A stretch of 64,000 nt of DNA from Azolla caroliniana. Lineage: Eukaryota > Plantae > Polypodiophyta. The stretch covers positions 13,830 through 77,829 of the forward strand of contig JBHGNT010000117.1 of assembly GCA_043228905.1 (NCBI GenBank). The letters are read 5' to 3'. A program made the position numbers and the translations under genes. The notes under the pieces were generated by a model. That model was given only the letters and a program-made list of their open reading frames with translations, was not told the DNA's origin and ran no database searches. Each line of letters begins with the position of its first letter. Positions within the stretch are counted from its first letter, which is position 1. Shown here one piece after another: positions 63,964-64,000 of the stretch.

Positions 63964-64000
63964 CTTATGGGGAATGAATGAAGAATGAACCATTTTCTCT

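Noticed and set aside
62874-63988. Long F/L/S-rich plus-strand ORFs as membrane proteins
   Set aside because: Antisense shadows of a purine-rich K/E/R-coding strand

Overview
Eukaryotic, plant-type, TE-saturated window, most likely from a fern or other seed-free vascular plant (inference from the storage-protein genes and TE lineages); I see no intact host gene. (1) 1-17.6 kb: two convergent, decayed DNA transposons with Sola2-type DDE transposases. Each carries a tail-to-tail spliced passenger gene with host-like pieces (URB2-like; RING-like; FCP1/NIF phosphatase-like), has satellite-filled introns, and is joined to the other through a Gypsy fragment. (2) 18-46.5 kb: a shattered head-to-tail array (about 1.6 kb unit) of secreted, Arg/Glu-rich, 6-Cys 2S-albumin (matteuccin-like) storage-protein genes with RY/G-box promoters. 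All copies here are broken, and they are interleaved with five pieces of one Gypsy family plus Copia and chromovirus elements, including in-frame TE-albumin fusions. (3) 46.5-64 kb: a split, partly inverted L1-like LINE, nested Copia elements, and a Tcn1/Tf1-like chromovirus with a covarying self-priming PBS, a -1 frameshift signal and a tRNA-like Pol III box in its LTR. All family assignments come from motif recognition by eye, not from database searches.
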